Source of the DNA: Candidatus Latescibacterota bacterium
Lineage (GTDB): Bacteria; Latescibacterota; UBA2968; UBA8231
DNA length: 64,000 nt
Direction of reading: 5' to 3'
Assembly: GCA_965217585.1 (NCBI GenBank)
Contig: OZ244561.1
Coordinates: 2,784,001-2,848,000 of the forward strand
Of the stretch, positions 60,817 to 64,000 are shown one piece after another. Position numbers and translations under genes: made by a program. The notes beneath the pieces were generated by a model. That model ran no database searches, had not been told where the DNA came from, and saw only the letters and a list, made by a program, of their open reading frames with translations. The stretch's first letter is position 1; each line of letters opens with the position of its first letter.

Positions 60817-62182
60817 ACTTCTCCATGCGGCGATAGAGAGCCGTGCGGGTCAATCCGAGTTCCCGCGCAGTTTGGCTGACGTTGCCTTGGTGCCTGCGCA
60901 GCACGCGGGCGATGACCTCTTGCTCGACGTCTTCGAGGTTGTAGCTGTCAAAGGCGACAGCCTCCTCGGATGATGGGGTCGCAGTCAGCAGGAAATCGTC
61001 TGCGGTTAATCGGTTCCCTTCGCTCATAATGACGGCGCGCTCCACCGCGTGCTGCAATTCCCGCACATTACCCGGCCAGGCGTACGCGCGTAAGTGGGCG
61101 AGCGCCTCGGCGGTCAGACTGGTCAGAGCCTTGCGGTATTTGGTCCGGTACAGGCCGAGGAAGTGACGGGCCAACAGCGCGATGTCCTCGGGGCGCTCGC
61201 GCAGGGGGGGTAGGTGGATTTCCACGGTGTTGATGCGGTAGAGGAGGTCTTGGCGGAAGGTGCCGGCTGTGGCCATTTCGTGGATGGGCTGATTGGTGGC
61301 GCATATGAGGCGCACATCCACGGACACGGGCTGGTTGGCGCCGACGCGGACGACCTGCTGGTTTTGCAGGACCGCGAGCAGCTTGACCTGCAAAACCAGC
61401 GGCAGGTTGCCGATCTCGTCGAGGAATAGGGTGCCCCCGGAGGCGATTTCAAAGCGGCCGGCGCGGTCGCTGCGGGCGTCGGTGAAGGCGCCTTTGACGT
61501 GGCCGAAGAGTTCGCTCTCGAACAGGGTTTCGCTCAGGGAACCCATATCGACGGCGATGAAGACTTCGTCGGCGCGCGCCGAGCGGCGGTGAACCTCGCG
61601 CGCCACCAGTTCCTTGCCCGTGCCGTTCTCGCCGAGGATGAGGACACTGGCGTCGGTGGCGGCCACCTTGGCCATTGTCTGGAAAACCTCCTGTAGAATT
61701 GGGGCCTCGCCGATGAGGTCGCCAAAGGGCTGGTCGAGGTCTGCGGACAGCCGCTGCTGGCGGGAGCGGAGGTGGTGGGCTTCCCGGCGCGAGCGGTGCA
61801 ATTCCACGGCCGCGGACACGGTGGCGAGCAGCTTCTCGTTCTGCCAGGGTTTGAGCACAAAATCGACGGCCCCCTCCTTGACGGCGCGCACGGCCATTTC
61901 GACGTCGCCGTATGCGGTGATCAGCAAGACGACGGCGGTCGGGTCCAGGTCGCGGATTTGCTGGAGCCAGTAGAAGCCCTCCCGGCCGCTGGTCGCCTCC
62001 TGAGTGAAGTTCATGTCGAGGAGGACGACTGCCGGCGACTCCTGTTTGAGGGCGCTGGGAATGGCTTGGGGATCGGTCTCGGTGCGGACTTGGTAGCCCT
62101 GCTGCTTGAGGAGCAAGCGGGCGGCGACGAGGACGTCTTGGTTGTCGTCCACGACGAGGATGCGGGCGGCTTCAGCAGACAT
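60806..62182 (-). CDS. Sigma54-dependent response regulator (NtrC family)
   Basis: REC domain, GENGTGKE, GAFTDA and Fis-type HTH. Confidence 0.95.
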   Translation of the reverse strand: MSAEAARILVVDDNQDVLVAARLLLKQQGYQVRTETDPQAIPSALKQESPAVVLLDMNFTQEATSGREGFYWLQQIRDLDPTAVVLLITAYGDVEMAVRAVKEGAVDFVLKPWQNEKLLATVSAAVELHRSRREAHHLRSRQQRLSADLDQPFGDLIGEAPILQEVFQTMAKVAATDASVLILGENGTGKELVAREVHRRSARADEVFIAVDMGSLSETLFESELFGHVKGAFTDARSDRAGRFEIASGGTLFLDEIGNLPLVLQVKLLAVLQNQQVVRVGANQPVSVDVRLICATNQPIHEMATAGTFRQDLLYRINTVEIHLPPLRERPEDIALLARHFLGLYRTKYRKALTSLTAEALAHLRAYAWPGNVRELQHAVERAVIMSEGNRLTADDFLLTATPSSEEAVAFDSYNLEDVEQEVIARVLRRHQGNVSQTARELGLTRTALYRRMEKYGL

Positions 62183-62248
62183 GGGAGTCGCTTTCAAGTG
62201 TACCGCCAGCGGATAGTGGCGATGGGCCGGCGAGGAGGGTGATTCGAC

Positions 62249-62656
62249 TCATGTCAACTTGAATGGATCCAGTATTTCCACACCGAGTTGGGCAAAATCG
62301 TCGACGTTGCGGGTCACGACGATCAGTCTGTGAACCACGGCGGTCGCCGCGATCAGGGCGTCTTCCATCAAGGTGTCCGACCGCTTGTGCTTGAGCCGGG
62401 CCCACACTCGAAAGGTCGCCGCGTCCACCGACAATATGTTGTAGGAGTCGAGCACCCGGCTGAGCCAGACTTCCAGTTCTTCCGCCTTGGTGGAATCCTG
62501 CTCGCGGGTGATCTCGATGCCTGCCTGAATCTCGCCTACAGTCACCGCGGAAAGGAAAAGCTGCTCGGCGGCTACTCCCGAGAGCCAGTTTAGGACGCTC
62601 TGATGAGGTTTGGGGCGGCGTAGTTCCGAAACGACATTGGTATCGAGAAGATACAC
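62249..62656 (-). CDS. vapC: VapC PIN toxin
   Basis: YLLDTNVVSE, DALIAATA and VTRNV.DF motifs. Confidence 0.9.
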   Translation of the reverse strand: MYLLDTNVVSELRRPKPHQSVLNWLSGVAAEQLFLSAVTVGEIQAGIEITREQDSTKAEELEVWLSRVLDSYNILSVDAATFRVWARLKHKRSDTLMEDALIAATAVVHRLIVVTRNVDDFAQLGVEILDPFKLT

Positions 62657-62660
62657 CAGT

Positions 62661-62921
62661 TTACTCGAAGTTCAGTGACCTGCGGTGACGGCGTTTCTCT
62701 CGCGGTGGTGTCAGGGCATCGGTCCGCGCTTCGGGCGAGAGCAGCAGTTCCTTAAGATTGGGCTTGGTCATCTGCTCTAATCGCCGCCACTGAGCAATTG
62801 GTACTAGAACCGCCGCCTCCACCCCCCGTTTGGTCACGATTTGCGGCCCTTCGGCAAGGCTCGTTTCAAGGAATTCGCTGAACCGCGCCTTCGCGTCCTG
62901 TACCTGCCATGTTTTGCTCAT
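62661..62921 (-). CDS. Phd/YefM antitoxin
   Basis: WQVQDAKARFSE and GPQIVTKRG motifs. Confidence 0.9.
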   Translation of the reverse strand: MSKTWQVQDAKARFSEFLETSLAEGPQIVTKRGVEAAVLVPIAQWRRLEQMTKPNLKELLLSPEARTDALTPPREKRRHRRSLNFE

Positions 62922-62994
62922 CCATTCTCCAGACGTTTGTGGTTCATTCTGACTAGATTTATAACCAGTCCGTATCCTAAAGTCAATGTAGCGA

Positions 62995-63113
62995 GTGTAC
63001 GCCAGCGGACACCCCTGTATCACCAGCGGACAGTGGCGACGAGCCGGGCAAGGAGGCGATTCGACTCATCTTCTTTTTTATCAAGGGGTTAGAAATGTGG
63101 CATATATCTTGCT
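62995..63113 (+). promoter_or_regulatory. Sigma54 promoter with putative upstream activator sites
   Basis: TGGCAT-N5-TTGCT at 63098-63113; imperfect palindromes GTGTACGCCAGCGGACAC (62995) and TGTATCACCAGCGGACA (63016). Confidence 0.7.
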
Positions 63114-63193
63114 ATTTCTGGAGAAAAGGCTGCGACAAGATAAGGTAGCAAATGCTATGCCCGCAAATATTCGACTTTTCAGGAGCAGGCACC

Positions 63194-64000
63194 ATGAGAA
63201 TGATCGGTAATTACTTGCAGATCGCTATCCGCATCCTGCGGCGGAACAAGCTGTTGAGTGCCATTGAAGTGTGCAGTCTGTCGCTGGCCTTTGGCTTCTG
63301 TGTCTTAGCCTATGTGCTGGTGTCGCACGAGTGGAGCTACGACCGCTTCCACGAGAACGGGGCGCACCTGTATCGAGTGGTGCTCAACTTCAAGTTGCCG
63401 GGTCGGGATCGTATAAAGCGGGGGGATGGCACTCCGGTCGCCATGGCCGAGGCGATCCAGAACGCCGTGCCCCAAGTCGAAGAAACAGTCCGATTGGTTT
63501 CCGGCCGGCACGAGAGCTTGGACATGCGGCGAATTCGCGTGCGGCTAGGCGATACGTGGAACGACGAGCCGTTTTTGCTGGTCGATGAGAATTTCTTCGA
63601 GGTATTCACCTTCCCCTTTGAAGCGGGTGATCCGCGATCGGCCCTGAAGACAAAAGATGGCGTCGTCGTCAGCAGCACCTTTGCCCGCCGCTACTTCGGC
63701 GACGAGCCAGCGGTGGGGCAAACCGTGCGGATCGATGTGGGGTGGCCCAAATCCGAGCGCAAGGAATACACTATCCAAGCAGTGGTTGCCTCGCCGCCGG
63801 CCAACTCGTCGATCCAATTGAATATCCTGTTGCCTCTTCACAACGCGGAGATCCTGTGGCGCTGGATTGATCGCTTCTGGGATAAAAGAAAATGCACTCT
63901 ATTCGTCCGGCTGGGGGAGGACGCCAACGAGGGCGATCTGAAGCAGGCCGAAGCACTGATAAGGCAGTTGTATATTGAAAACGTACCCGGTTTCAGCGAC
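63194..64000 (+). CDS. MacB/FtsX-like ABC transporter permease (runs off window end)
   Basis: Manual translation MRMIGNYLQIAIRILRRNKLLSAI...SLAFG...EWSYDRFHENG..LYRV...VDENFFEVFTFP. Confidence 0.85.
   Translation, partial: MRMIGNYLQIAIRILRRNKLLSAIEVCSLSLAFGFCVLAYVLVSHEWSYDRFHENGAHLYRVVLNFKLPGRDRIKRGDGTPVAMAEAIQNAVPQVEETVRLVSGRHESLDMRRIRVRLGDTWNDEPFLLVDENFFEVFTFPFEAGDPRSALKTKDGVVVSSTFARRYFGDEPAVGQTVRIDVGWPKSERKEYTIQAVVASPPANSSIQLNILLPLHNAEILWRWIDRFWDKRKCTLFVRLGEDANEGDLKQAEALIRQLYIENVPGFSD

Noticed and set aside
1-64000. CRISPR array or cas genes
   Set aside because: No regularly spaced repeat-spacer series and no cas-like ORF seen.

Overview
GC-rich bacterial chromosomal window. Five PhyH-like dioxygenases, amidohydrolases, SDRs, TonB-dependent receptors and many TA modules resemble sponge-associated Latescibacterota/Poribacteria-type genomes (taxonomy is inference only). 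Housekeeping content includes rhlE, csp, glcB, aspS, tRNA-Glu(CTC) and a sigma54 two-component system next to a MacB-like permease. There are two type I R-M defence islands. Island 1 (5.6-14.1 kb) has hsdM-cargo-hsdS-cargo, no hsdR, and its cargo genes are separated by re-used copies of the hsdM 3' end and hsdS 5' start. Island 2 (37.2-46.0 kb) has hsdM-hsdS-ptuA-ptuB-hsdR, with HsdR fused to a LexA/S24 autopeptidase domain. The best novelty candidates are (1) a DIP1984-like coiled-coil gene followed by about 440 nt of ORF-free, multi-domain structured RNA with repeated UCAGC motifs (46.8-47.8 kb); (2) an unannotated Asn-rich leader peptide with a complete classical attenuator upstream of a probably non-discriminating aspS; and (3) the repeat-delimited cassette architecture inside island 1. 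All family calls come from motif recognition by eye; no database search or folding program was run.
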